Source: Novakomyces olei (Eukaryota). Taken from it: DNA of 64,000 nucleotides. The notes beneath the pieces are model-generated. The model saw only the letters and a program-made list of their open reading frames with translations, searched no databases and had not been told where the DNA came from. The position numbers and the translations under genes are program-made. Of this stretch, positions 47,250 through 58,952 are shown piece after piece; position 1 is the first letter of the stretch, and each line of letters opens with the position of its first letter. Where the stretch lies: positions 186,001 through 250,000 of the forward strand of contig JADEYG010000007.1 in NCBI GenBank assembly GCA_016906335.1, in the 5' to 3' direction.

Positions 47250-48944
47250 TTACCTGACGTCAACGCCAGAGAATTGCAATGATGAATCTGAAGCCGCCTG
47301 TGACACTGATGAATTTGCACTTGATCTCCGGCGAGTAGCATAGGCGTTGTATGAAGTTGACCGTTCAGAATATGGTGTGCCCGACAGCAGTGAAGTAGCT
47401 GTGGAAGACGGGCGTGAAGAAAAAGCTACGGGCACAGTAGAATGGCGTTGCACAAAGTCCATTGTAGCATTTTTCCAGGGCCGCAATTCTGCCAATTCTG
47501 CCCTTAGCCTCGAAATCTCTGACTGATGATTGCGTTCCTGCAATTCTACACGAATTCGCATGTGAGCCAAAGCTTCACGCAGAGCATTTCGCTGAGCTTC
47601 AGTATGTTCGTGCTGCTCTTGTAGCCTTTCGCACTCGCTTGTTGATTGCTGCACATTGTTTTGACGTAGAGTATTTAGGGTCGAGCGGTACTCGTCCACT
47701 GCCATTTTTGCAGCGTCCACGACCCGTGCGTAATAAGGCTCGCCCACAACAGCCGCGTCAGTCGGCAAAGGCTGCTGACAAAATTGCGTCACAATTTCCT
47801 CAACCTGGCCCAATCGTTCTTCCGCACGTCTCCGTCGCTCGCGTTCCTCTTCCAATTCACATTCGTAGCTACGATTAAGTTCGGCTCTCTCCTTCATAAC
47901 CGAAGACAAAAGCGACTGCATCTCCTTGTCCGAGTTAAAAACAGAGTGGTCGTATGGAGCGGGCCTTGCTGTCTGCATTGCCGGCTGAGAATTAACTGAT
48001 TCCTGGCTCATATTGTTGGAGGAACTACGCAGCCTTGGCTCATCCAAGCCTTGCTGGTTTCTGTTTGGCTGAGATTTAGATTGCCAGCGAAACAGTCTTG
48101 CCACTGTTGACTTGACTCCGGCCGGTGCAATTTCTCCACCCTTGTGCCCCTCAGATTCTGACTCTCCGTGGAAGACCACGGGGCAAGAATCGTTTGTGTC
48201 TGGCGTAATTGGAGATGGGCGTGCTTCTTCTGATTCAGAATCCGAGTCCTCTAAGCGCTGCTCCAGCTGCCCTTTAGCGTCTCCAATTCCCAGTCCATAT
48301 CCACCAGCGCTATTGTCTCTGCCCGCGTCTTCAGCCTCCGATACTGGGGAGGCCGGTGTCCAGTCCTCCGGCTTCCGCTCCAACTTATGGTCCGGGTTCC
48401 GCTCCGGGTTCCGCTCCGGACTGCCGCTGGTGCTGGTTTGAGCACTCGCTTCGAAACGCGAATTTACGAGCCGAGGAGTGTTGCCGTCGTGAGGCCATGC
48501 GTCCAAGTTACGCACCAAAAGGGGCGGCGGCGTTGGGTCAAATGTATGCTGCGCAGCTGGTGGCTGTTCAGAGTAAACAGACGAGATTGAAGATACTGGA
48601 GAAAAGGGAGGCTGAGCCGCTGCAGTTGTTGCTGACGGTGGTACTGCTGTCGCGGGTGCCGACGACGGGTCCGTTACTGGTTGGTGAATATTTAGTGGAG
48701 GCAATTTGCTCACAGCGTACGGGGACGGCAGTTGCGGGTACTGATGGCCCAAGTCGCGGTGAGACGATTGCAATTGTGCGTGGAAAGCCATAGCCGCTGA
48801 AGAGATGGGAACGAGTGTAGACACTGACTGTATAAGCGCGTTCGTGTTTATGTCGGAAGGACGTTCACGCGACCGAAAACTGCTACACCGACTTTGCGGG
48901 TAACTTGACTCTCTGCCGCTGTTGCTCTGACGTGCCGCATTCAT
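47250..48944 (-). CDS. Uncharacterised 564-aa protein with Ser/Pro-rich disordered N-half and coiled-coil C-half
   Basis: Long uninterrupted ORF with heptad-like E/R/L-rich segments; no family recognised. Confidence 0.7.
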   Translation of the reverse strand: MNAARQSNSGRESSYPQSRCSSFRSRERPSDINTNALIQSVSTLVPISSAAMAFHAQLQSSHRDLGHQYPQLPSPYAVSKLPPLNIHQPVTDPSSAPATAVPPSATTAAAQPPFSPVSSISSVYSEQPPAAQHTFDPTPPPLLVRNLDAWPHDGNTPRLVNSRFEASAQTSTSGSPERNPERNPDHKLERKPEDWTPASPVSEAEDAGRDNSAGGYGLGIGDAKGQLEQRLEDSDSESEEARPSPITPDTNDSCPVVFHGESESEGHKGGEIAPAGVKSTVARLFRWQSKSQPNRNQQGLDEPRLRSSSNNMSQESVNSQPAMQTARPAPYDHSVFNSDKEMQSLLSSVMKERAELNRSYECELEEERERRRRAEERLGQVEEIVTQFCQQPLPTDAAVVGEPYYARVVDAAKMAVDEYRSTLNTLRQNNVQQSTSECERLQEQHEHTEAQRNALREALAHMRIRVELQERNHQSEISRLRAELAELRPWKNATMDFVQRHSTVPVAFSSRPSSTATSLLSGTPYSERSTSYNAYATRRRSSANSSVSQAASDSSLQFSGVDVR

Positions 48945-49748
48945 CTAACGTGCTCGAATGAGAGAAAAGACCGTTTAGCCTTTGTCTTGTGCCGCCGCTA
49001 CTGTTTTGCTGTCCCACTGCCAGATTCGAGCTTGGCTTTGTACAGTTTTGCTCAATACCTATTACTCTAACTTTGCCGAAACTAAAAAGTTGCTTTAGTT
49101 ATACTGCGCTGCCTGATTGTCAAAAGTGCAACGCTTTCAACGCCTGGCTCTTCTTTGTTTGCGTGCGTGATTTTTGCGATGGACAAGCTTTTTAAAGTTT
49201 GTCGACGCTTTAACGCCGGGGAAACGCACACAAAATAGCTCAGTGTTCAGCGCCAGTGGATTGCGGAATTTTGAGCCTTTCAAGTCCAACGATCTTGCCT
49301 CGCGCCTTTGTCTGAAGGGACAAGGAAGGTGCTATTCCCTCCTTTGTCTCGTCTGCGGTTACTGATGTTTACCCTTTTAGGAATACGCGTTTGCGCGGTC
49401 GCGTTTTGTTAGGGTTTTCAGGTTTATAAGAGGTTGAAATAATACAAGCATTTAAGGGTGCCGCTATTTGATGTATACTTGGAAAATATGTGTCATACAA
49501 GGGCGGTACAACTGATAGTCTCGTGTCTCAGGCTCGTATTTATCCATATATATTAAATTTCGTTATTGTCGTCGGCATGAATGAATGAATATGAGAGAAC
49601 GGGTCTGTATATCGGCCGTTATGCTGTCTACCCGCAAGGAAAAAAAAAAGAAAAAAGAAAGAATATCATCAACTGCTTTCTCAATTATATCGGATAATGT
49701 AAGCTCAGCAAGTGCATTGGACCACACCCCGCGTTGAATTATTACCGA

Positions 49749-49830
49749 TTTCGAAGAATTAGTTTCAATTCGAGGATTAATTTCAATTCGAGAATAATTC
49801 TCAATTCGATAAATAATTTCATTTCAATTC
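49749..49830. repeat. Degenerate 18-bp tandem repeat (TTTCAATTCGAGRATWAT-like), about 4-5 copies
   Basis: TCAATTC recurs at 18-bp spacing. Confidence 0.75.
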
Positions 49831-50313
49831 TGGTACGTTTTACATGAAGGCCTCTTTTATATATGTCAACAATAACGAGAAATATGCGAGTTAATATGCT
49901 TAGGCAACAAGAAGAAATTTTGACGGTCATAACCCAAGTTATATAGTTCATCGTGATTGTTTTGCTCTTTGCTGAGAACCAGGTTGATAAAGTGAAACAA
50001 GTAATATTGAGTTTCACTTTCCACAAACTGTGTATTAAACGGTGTAGATGCTCACGTAAAAGTGTGCAAAAAGCGCACGTTTTATTGTCACGTGACAGTA
50101 TGAGGGTTATTTCTAGACACACACAAACTTTACGTCGCCGCACCGATACTCCATATTTCAAGCTCTCCACAGTAAAATATAAGCAGAATTATATTTGAAG
50201 CGCTAGCCAAGCTGTGACAAATTTAATTTCCGACTCAATTACCAGCTCCATCCATGAAAGGCTGACGGGCAGCATTTTGGCTTTCGCTTGGCTTTCGCAA
50301 AGCGTTTAGCAAG

Positions 50314-51209
50314 ATGCTGCGCCAAAAATTTCACGATCCTGCTTTATGGTATTTCTCTCAGTTGACAGTCTTAATTAACAAAAGCATCATACTTCTTTTA
50401 CTTCTCATAGGTCTTGTTTGCTACGCCGCGCTCGTTTATGACGAAATGTACAAAAGCCACCCATTCGTCACTATCTGTGTCAGCAATGCCTCTGCTGTTG
50501 GCCTATCTGACGTTCTTGCCCAAATATTATCTCGACCCGAAATAGCAAGTGGTTCCCTTCAAAGCCTTATTTTCTAACTTTTGCAAGTTACATCGCCGCG
50601 GCTACGAATCAGAGCGTACTCTGCGCTTTATGCTCTATGGATTTGTAATTGCGCCTTTTCAGAATGGCTGGTATCTTTTCCTAGCAACTGTGTTCCCCAT
50701 CTCTCGCGCCAAAGATACCATTAGCCCTCTTGGAGCTTGGCTACCCGTACTTTTGCGCATCGCGGCAGACCAGCTGATTTTCGCTCCTGCAGCTTTGTTG
50801 TTTTGCATTTCATTTACAGTAAGCATCTTTGCTCAGTGTGTATTCAAAAGCTTTGCTGATAGCGCAGGAATTTCTCAAGACGGCATCGATTAATGCCATT
50901 AATGAGAAGATTTCGAGTGTTAGTCTAACGCGTGATGACTATTATCGGCTGACAATCAGGATTACCGTACCGTACTGCGCGCCAATTATGTCATTTGGCC
51001 TGTAAGAAAACGAAACAAGATACATCTGACACTTTAGTTTATTATGCTGCTCAATTTTAAGGTCATGCCTTTAGAATACCAGATGCCATTTACACAGGCC
51101 GTCTCATTAATATGGTTAGTGGAATTTTGGATAATTGCTAAAGCGCAGGAATATCTATTTGAGCATGACTGGCAGCAATGCTCATCCCAGTAAAGATGCT
51201 ATTGTCTAG
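50314..51209 (+). CDS. Mpv17/PMP22-family membrane protein (Sym1-like), 6-7 exons
   Basis: LSDVLAQ, RTLRFMLYG, RIAADQLIFAP, NYVIWP|...NFKVMP, W|NIYLS. Introns are 34-49 nt, including a GC-AG intron at 50545-50587. Confidence 0.87.
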
Positions 51210-51508
51210 TTGGTTGAAAACGTACACAGACGGCGGTCTACTCGAATTTCCATCATATAATCATTATACACGAACAATTTGCAATTAAAAAGCAAAAAAT
51301 ACACAATTATAATTACTATATATGTGTTTTTTCTATATAATACATTTATACATACGTGCTTATAAGTAACAGAAATAAGCAGTATTAATTAAATAATTAA
51401 CGAGATAAATTTATTTAACATGTTTCTTATAGCAAAAGTGAAATATCAAACTGCGCAAGCTCGCATACAAAACTTTCTGGTCAAACACTTTTTCGATCAA
51501 CATTCGAA

Positions 51509-52192
51509 ATGCCGTCTCAAGGCGTCTTACGGCGCAAGCTGTCACGCAAAACTTCACATCGGCATTTGATGTTGCGGAATATGGTCTCATCTCTGATTCA
51601 GCATGAATCAATTGAAACGACCTGGCAGAAAGCCAAAGAAGCCTCATGGCTGACTGACAAGATGATCACCATTGGAAAACAGGGTCGCGGGTACACGAAT
51701 GCTTGGCAGAGAGCTCAGGCTTTTCTTTTTAATCAACGTAAAACTATGCCAAAGCTGTTTGGTGAACTTGCGCAACGGTACCGCGACCGTGAAGGTGGTT
51801 ATACTCGAGTTCTTCGGATTAGCAAACAAAGGGCAGACGGTGCCGAATGCGCAGTACTGCAATTAGTTGACGGTTCGAAGGATCTAAGATGGGCAATGAC
51901 TACACAAACCGTATACCGCACACTGGTCCGTGGGCAGCCTTTAAGTAGTATAACTCTGCTTAACGTACGAAAGTGTACTCGTTTCCGGCCCAATGGTGAA
52001 GCTGAGTTTGAGAAGGAATTAGAGCGGTTGCGTTTAGAAGATGAAGTCAATAAACCAAGAGATAAACAATCAAAGCTCAATAGGGCTTCGGCCAATGCTG
52101 CACGTCATGAGGAAATGGAGGCACAGGGGAAGAAGGTTTTTTCTGCTGACCAGATTCGGATCTGGCATAAGAATAACCTGCGGCAGCTATAG
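51509..52192 (+). CDS. MRPL17: Mitochondrial ribosomal protein bL17m
   Basis: RKLSRKTSHRHLMLRNMVSSLIQHESIETT..KAKE; KLFGELAQRY.DREGGYTRVLR. Confidence 0.93.
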   Translation: MPSQGVLRRKLSRKTSHRHLMLRNMVSSLIQHESIETTWQKAKEASWLTDKMITIGKQGRGYTNAWQRAQAFLFNQRKTMPKLFGELAQRYRDREGGYTRVLRISKQRADGAECAVLQLVDGSKDLRWAMTTQTVYRTLVRGQPLSSITLLNVRKCTRFRPNGEAEFEKELERLRLEDEVNKPRDKQSKLNRASANAARHEEMEAQGKKVFSADQIRIWHKNNLRQL

Positions 52193-52569
52193 CTCAATGC
52201 TATACATGTATAAGATTAATGCATTACTAATATTTTTCAATTTATTTTAAATCATATCATCACCCGTCATCTTCGCACGGAGTAGTTTACACTGAAAGAA
52301 TTTTGAAAGGTACAACAATTTACCGTAAAAAGTAAATGATGGCGTCCACAAACAAACAATGAAATTTACTTTGTCCCTTTCTGCTTTAAATTCTACTACT
52401 CATTTCTCGATAAATCTCAATTATTGTGAGAGCCTTCACTTTACACGATAACGTATTTATAGTGCCACCAAAACGCAATGCTTAGCAAAGTAATCAAGCC
52501 ATTCATTAAATAAGTTTATTCATAACTCCAGAGTCCGTAAAAGCCTAAGCAAATGGTAACGGGTATCTT

Positions 52570-53758
52570 TTATCTTTGTTCCGCTGCAGCGGCGATGGCG
52601 TTGCGTATCATGGAAGAACTTATCTTGAGCTCTACCGGCGGCGTCTCTGAGTAAGGCGAGCTGGAACCAGACGTCAAGCGCGAACTAACAGAGGTGCCCG
52701 AAGAACTTTCATCCGATGATAAGCAGTCAATGCTGAAAACCTTGATTTCCGGCAAACCGCGCTCACGACGAAGCTCACAGATTTCGTCGGCGCCTGCTTG
52801 AGTCTCTCGGCTTATAACGAGAGCATCAATATGTGGATCGTAGGCAGTTGGACCATAAGTATCGCTTAGTGTAATAACGTCAACATCAATGTTGCAACGC
52901 GTATACTGTAAGAACCGTTCGGCCTGTTCTTTTCGATCTTCGAGTGACTGGATGAGTTCCGGGTGGTTTTTCTTACGTAATAAATTGTCGTCGCTTACCG
53001 CACAAATGACGCGTCGCGATGCTAGCCAGGCAGCCATAGTTAGCAAAATCTTATGTCCGCTGTGCAGGTGGTCAAAGGTCCCCCCCACAGCAACGACAGG
53101 AAATGCTTGACCTGGAGGGAAGTCAATGATTGGAGGTACGTTGACCTCGTCAAACTTTTCGGGTAGGAAATCCTGAGGATGAGGCTCAAGTAAGCTGGGA
53201 TAAATAGACACGGGAATAGCAGTCGAAGCAGTATTTGACTGCCTTCGAGCAAAAAGAAATTTATTGAGCAACTGCTCCTCTGGCCTAGTTAGAGAGAATA
53301 GAGCAAGAAAGAAATATAATGCAAAACATGGTAAACAAGTTTCACTGGTCCAAATCGGAATATATCATCATTAGGCACTTACGTCCTTTAGCAACGCAAA
53401 GCGCCTCCCACGACTGCTGCTCGTCAAGTGCTAAATTGTAACCACAAAAGTGTTCGAGAATTACTTGGACGGCCGGGCCGAGAAGCGAGTTTTCAGACTC
53501 GGCTGGAGCAGGTAACTCTCCGCCAATACTTTGCTCTCGATGCTGTGCAAGCGCATAGACCCTCGCCAGTAAACGCTGAACGGCATCAAAATCACGAACG
53601 CGATGGAGGGAGCGAAACAGCGGGCATACTGCTAGAATCGTGCAACAGCCGGCTTGCTGTGTAGATCTTATCGCACGCTGAATTGTAGGAGCCAACTTCT
53701 CCACGTCTGCCGGATCCTCCAACTGCATTACCAGCAGTGTAGAAAGGTAAAGGTCCAT
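52570..53758 (-). CDS. CAB4: Phosphopantetheine adenylyltransferase (Cab4-like), 2 exons
   Basis: VAVGGTFDHLHSGHKILL, D.YGP, LVISRET..GA, KISSS.IR; one GT-AG intron at about 53281-53382. Confidence 0.88.
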
Positions 53759-54577
53759 GATTCAATCGCTATGGCTGTCAGGGACGTGCTGCAAAAGAAA
53801 CAAACAAAACCGACTATATATTTTGTGGAGAAGCTTATCGCCGGAATTATTATACGCTGCTCCCCATTGTTATTTCTTTCGTACAGCGCAGTCTAATCAA
53901 ATCTTTATTGGTCCATAAATTATACTGTGTACTGCTGCATAATATATTAATTGTTTATATACGGTCCAATCACACATATTGCTGGCTGCTGGACTGGACC
54001 TCATAACCGGATATGCGTGGATAATTAAAAGTCGGCGCTGATTACACAGACTAGTGCGTTTGTTACCGGAACCTGCGGAACTTTTGCTTCAAAACTTATT
54101 TCTATATTTGCCCATCACTTTATGGAAAGATATAAGCATGTTTCAAGCGTGTACTATTTTATTATATCAATACATGATTCTTTATTTAAACTGTAGAAAA
54201 AGCGCTTGCAAGATATTGGCTTGTAGCAAGCTCAAGCTTTCTTAAAAATTTTGGTATTAAAAATTTCGATATAATTTGATCAACCGTCAAATGGTGACGA
54301 CAATTCTATAGCTTGCTAACTTGCACCTCATTTGGAACTAAACAGTTTGCAATTTGGTTCTTGCTATTTGAATATTATTTACAATTAAAAATAATAACTT
54401 CTCAGCTTGTTATTTTGCAAGACGAAATTAGATTGGTAGTTTGTTTCGAGCTTAGTGAATTATCTCCATTTACCCTAACTAACCCTATAGTTCTGGCATG
54501 TATATTCCGAACGTTAGATAAAAACGTATAATTCATTAAATGTAATTATTTTTTTTTCCAACCATCGTACTCGCAAA

Positions 54578-55212
54578 ATGAATGCCTTCCCGCCGTTTGG
54601 GCAGTTTGGCGGCGGGTCTGGGCCACCACGGACGCCTTCCACGCCAGAAGATCAGGCGGCTGCTCAGCAGGAGACTATGATAAAGTTTATAAATTCATCG
54701 GCCGAGTCGTAAGTCTTTTCCTTTCTTTTTCGGCATATTGCTGTTCTACATATCGAACAATCGGTGTTTTGCTTATTTTTCAGATGTGTTTTCAAGTCTG
54801 CGCTATCTGGTGTAATGGGATTTGGACTTGGCGGTGTTTTTGGGCTTTTCATGTCGTCAATGTCTATGGAATCGACAGACAATAAAATATACGAAATGAA
54901 GTTTCGCGATCAGATGCGAACTATGGGTCGCGATATGGCGGGGCGCGCCTATTCAAGCGCGCGAAATTTTGGCTATATCGGTCTTATCTATGCAGGCACA
55001 GAATGCTGCATTGAAAGCGTAAGGCTGTTGAGAATGCTGTTTTGATTGACGTCTAGTACCGGGCAAAGAATGATATTTATAATGCATTTGCCGCTGGAGC
55101 TGCCACTGGCGGCATATTGGCTTATCGGTCAGGTCCTAAAGCTATGCTACTTGGCGCTGCTGGGTTCAGTGCCTTCAGTGGCGCTATCGAATATTACATG
55201 CGAATGGATTGA
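54578..55212 (+). CDS. TIM22: Mitochondrial inner membrane translocase Tim22, 3 exons
   Basis: [66 protein letters not shown]. Confidence 0.93.
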
Positions 55213-55601
55213 AATGTATATAGAATTATGACCAGAACATTTTACATATCGATACAATACCCACACTACTCAACATTTTTTCATCCGAATTGTTGCCAAA
55301 GATTTGTGCATGAAGTTTCCTGTAGTTTCATCTCCAATCCGGGCTTTGTGAAGAAACTGCAGCGCATTGGTGTAGCTCGAAATACAAAGCTGACGTTCCT
55401 TCAACGGTCGGAAATGTGCATTAACCCTAACTAACCCTATAAAAAAGATAATAATAGAATAATAGAATATAAACATGAATATAATAATATAATATAATAT
55501 TCGGGCAAGTTTGTTTACCACGCAATCCACATGCGTGCTTGCACATGCTTGCTCATAGCTAGATTGCCCCAACGCACGGTTTGTTAATCGTCCATGGTGG
55601 C

Positions 55602-55939
55602 ATGAAACTCAAGGTTAAAGGTAAATGCTAATATCATTAAATAAATGACTTATGATAGCCTGGCACAGTGTGGCCGTCTGGCAATGGAACACACCGTCGG
55701 ATGATGTTTGCGGGATTTGTCGTATCCCTTTCGAGGGTGCGTGCCCCGACTGCCGCTTCCCGGGAGACTCGTGCCCAGTTGGTAAGTATTCTGCGCTTTC
55801 AGCTCTGATGATAGTCTGGGGAAAATGCTCTCATGTTTTCCACTCACATTGCATTACAAAGTGGGTCGAGATGGAGAGTTCTAAGCAACAGTGTCCCATG
55901 GACCGGCAGCCGTTTGAGTTAGATGCTTCCAGGGTGTAG
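55602..55939 (+). CDS. APC11: APC/C RING subunit Apc11, 3 exons (introns 55621-55658, 55782-55814)
   Basis: MKLKVK|AWHSVAVWQW..DDVCGICRIPFEGACPDCRFPGDSCPV|VWGKCSHVFHSHCI.KW...CPMDRQ. Confidence 0.95.
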
Positions 55940-56436
55940 TTAAGATAAGTAATGCAGGGCTGAGAATATTGGAAAACCCAAAATTTCTGTGAACAAAAGT
56001 ATTGAAAAGCGGGTCGTTTGCCACATGCTAAAGGATATGAAATTCTTTTGAAGCCCAACTTGAATATCCTCTTTCTCTATCGCCTACGTAATATTGAACG
56101 CTAGATAATCATGTTTACTCTTGTATTCTAAATTGCGATTTGCAAGCGCTTGTTGAAATATTGCTCGACGTTTATATGACTTCAAATCAAATTTGAAAAC
56201 TGACTGGATAACATTTTCCACACAAAATCTTAATGTAAATTACTAGGTATAGAATCCCAATAGTAAAGGTCGGATATTCGAAATCTATAAAGTGACAGCA
56301 AATTTCTGTTGTAATCCGTTCAAGAAAGGCCGTCATATATCAAAGCCGGGCCACAGATTCGTTTTGGTGGTATAAATCGCGATGACACGGAGACGCTAAA
56401 ACTAAATTATCCTTCAGCAAACTAGTTGCAATCAGA

Positions 56437-57483
56437 CTATAACGTCCCCATCGCTATAGACTGTCGAATCTGCATTATTTGTGCTCGCTCATTTGGACCG
56501 AGACTATTGATTTGATCATCTGTGAGCGCCATAACTTGGGCAATCAAGGCCGCCTAAAATGTAAGCATAACCAATCAGACAAAATATGTACATAAACACC
56601 AGTAATGAACATAAGAACAATAATTAAAATAAGCACAAAACCATACTCTTTGTTGATCGGCGGCAGCTACAGCTGCGTTGTGAGCACTTTGCGCACTTTG
56701 AGCGTCTTGCGTAGATTGTGGGTACTGAGCAGGCTGTGGAGTAGACGAAGTTGGCTGCGGAGTTGATGTGCTAACAGGCGGTACTGGTAGCTGAGGTGCA
56801 GCTTGTACTACAGATGAAAGCACAGCAGGATCAACAAGCTTCATCATTAGCAAAGCCTGTAGCACTGCGTAAGAAAGCTGTGGATTAGACTCGAGCAGTT
56901 GCCGAGCCTGCTCAGGTTCCTGATGTACGACTGCTTTTAGCTGTGATAGAATGTCCAAAAGCATAGGCGGTTGAAATGAAGACAGTGTTTTTGCTATAGA
57001 ATCATGTACACTCGTGCCTTCAGGAGGCATAGTTCCCGCGGGAAGTCCAGAAGGAAGCATATTAACGAATGGCTGCTGCGGAGCCCGAGATTCTTCTTGC
57101 TGCTGCAAATACTTTGCCGGTGGAGGATCAACGGCGATGCGACCGCCACCTTGATTTTGAGATATTTGCACTCGAAGTTTACGCGATCCAATCGTGTAGT
57201 CACCCAAGTTCCGAACTGCACTCGCCGCTGTCTCTGGATCTAATGATTAAAATCCTATTTACTTGCATTGCCATACCATAGTATTCACAGAAGCCGTAGC
57301 CTTTAGCGCGATTAGTCTCTGTGTCCATAACAAGACGAAATGATTTGATAGGCCCTGACTGCCGGAAAATGTCAATCACCTGCTCCTCTGCCATATCGTA
57401 TGGGATATTGCCCACTGTATACTGTCAGCTACGACAATTTGTAAACACATACCAAACACGACTGTCCCCTTTAGAGATGCCAT
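56437..57483 (-). CDS. RNA15: Cleavage stimulation factor 64-kDa subunit (Rna15/CstF-64), 4 exons
   Basis: RRM VF|VGNIPYD...[18 protein letters not shown]; hinge [15 protein letters not shown]-terminal [15 protein letters not shown]...ER.QI. Confidence 0.92.
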
Positions 57484-57844
57484 CGCTGACACACAGCTCT
57501 GGCTTTGGCTGACGATAGCTGCGACAGGCAAGATTATCGTTGAATGATTATTATTATGGCTGAACAGTTGGTTATAATTAATTCTCGCATTAGCTTAGGG
57601 TTTGTTAGGGTTTAATATATTTCAATTTCTCGTTCGCCATACAAATTGAAAAATTTAAGCGTGCATAATCATTAAGGTTTAGTTAGTATGCCGTCATTTA
57701 TATTATATGGTTATATGGGCAGCCCCCCTTCGATTTTGGCTTATTAGTAACAACATACTTGAGGGTTTTTTTATATGGAACGATATCAGATCAAATCAAT
57801 CAGATAATTTCGTTGGGCAAAAACACGATTAAGAGCAAACAGCA

Positions 57845-58828
57845 ATGCCGGCTAAGCTGCAGAGCATCGATGATCTAAAGGCGTTTGTGTCAAACAGCAG
57901 CGGCGCATTAATAGTGCTTAACTTTTATGCAGATTGGGCCGTGCCATGCCAGCAAATGAACCAGGCCTTTAATGAGCTGGAGCTTTTATTCCCGACCACG
58001 AAATTTGCAAATGTAACTTTTATGAGGAACAGCAATGGACAGTTTTGTTAATAAATAGGTTGAAGCCGAGCAAGCGGCTGATCTTTCAGAGAGCTTTGAC
58101 GTACAGGCTGTACCACTGTTTGCTATCATTAAGGTGAGATTGAACAGTCTAACAAAATTTATTGCTAATTCAATTGCCAGGTAACGATCGTTTGGCATTA
58201 GAGCACTTATTAATACTTTAGGTATTTCTAAGCATTTCGAACCGATTTTAACGTTATAGGTATCGCATACAGTGTATTCAGTGGTACTAACGGTATATAG
58301 GGCACACGGGTAGTAGCACGCATATCTGGCGCAAATCCTACAGAACTCCAAAAGACGATACAAAAGTACGCTGACTCGAATGGTGAAGCAGCTCCGTCCG
58401 CAGATGCAGCGGTGGTCGATTCACAAGAGCAGCACGCCGAAGAGACAGATAATTCAGGCGATATAAATGCACGACTAGCTAGTCTTGTTAAAGCCAAGCC
58501 TGTCATGCTGTTTATGAAGGGAAGCCCTAATGCTCCACAATGTGGATTTTCGCGGCAGCTGGTTGGCTTGCTGCGCGACCGTAATGTTCAGTACGGGTTT
58601 TTCGATATTTTACAGGACGACGATGTTCGACAGGGAATGAAAAGTTTTTCTGAATGGCCTACGTAAGTTGCTATTACGCACAAATTGAACTTATGTTGAA
58701 TTTTAAGGTTCCCTCAATTGTATATTGGCGGAGAATTCCAAGGCGGCTTGGATGTCGTGAAAGAAATGATTGAACAAGGTGAATTCGATCAAATAATAAA
58801 GCAGACGGAAGGGGCGCTGCTGCAGTGA
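57845..58828 (+). CDS. GRX4: Monothiol glutaredoxin Grx3/4 (Trx-like domain plus CGFS Grx domain); coding exons 57845-58012, 58059-58133, 58301-58662, 58708-58828
   Basis: [61 protein letters not shown]. Confidence 0.95.
58134..58300 (+). other. Complex intervening sequence of four back-to-back minimal U2 introns (47, 41, 38 and 41 nt) with zero-length exons
   Basis: Units 58134-58180, 58181-58221, 58222-58259 and 58260-58300 each have a GT donor, a branch-point-like hexamer and a YAG acceptor; all internal junctions are AG|GTA. Confidence 0.75.
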
Positions 58829-58952
58829 TGTAGTTCTAGAGCATGCCTATTACACGGGGTTGACGTACCTTCTACTTTTTTCATGACATATCGTATTGTA
58901 TGCTTTTGTTAATTCTGGTTTTGACACATCTAAGCGCCAGTACCAATAATCT

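Noticed and set aside
49749-49830. Spaced repeats as a CRISPR-like array
   Set aside because: Contiguous 18-bp degenerate tandem units without unique spacers, in a eukaryotic context.
53281-53382. ATGATGA inside the CAB4 intron as a possible intronic C/D snoRNA
   Set aside because: No CTGA box D, and the remainder is a pyrimidine tract.
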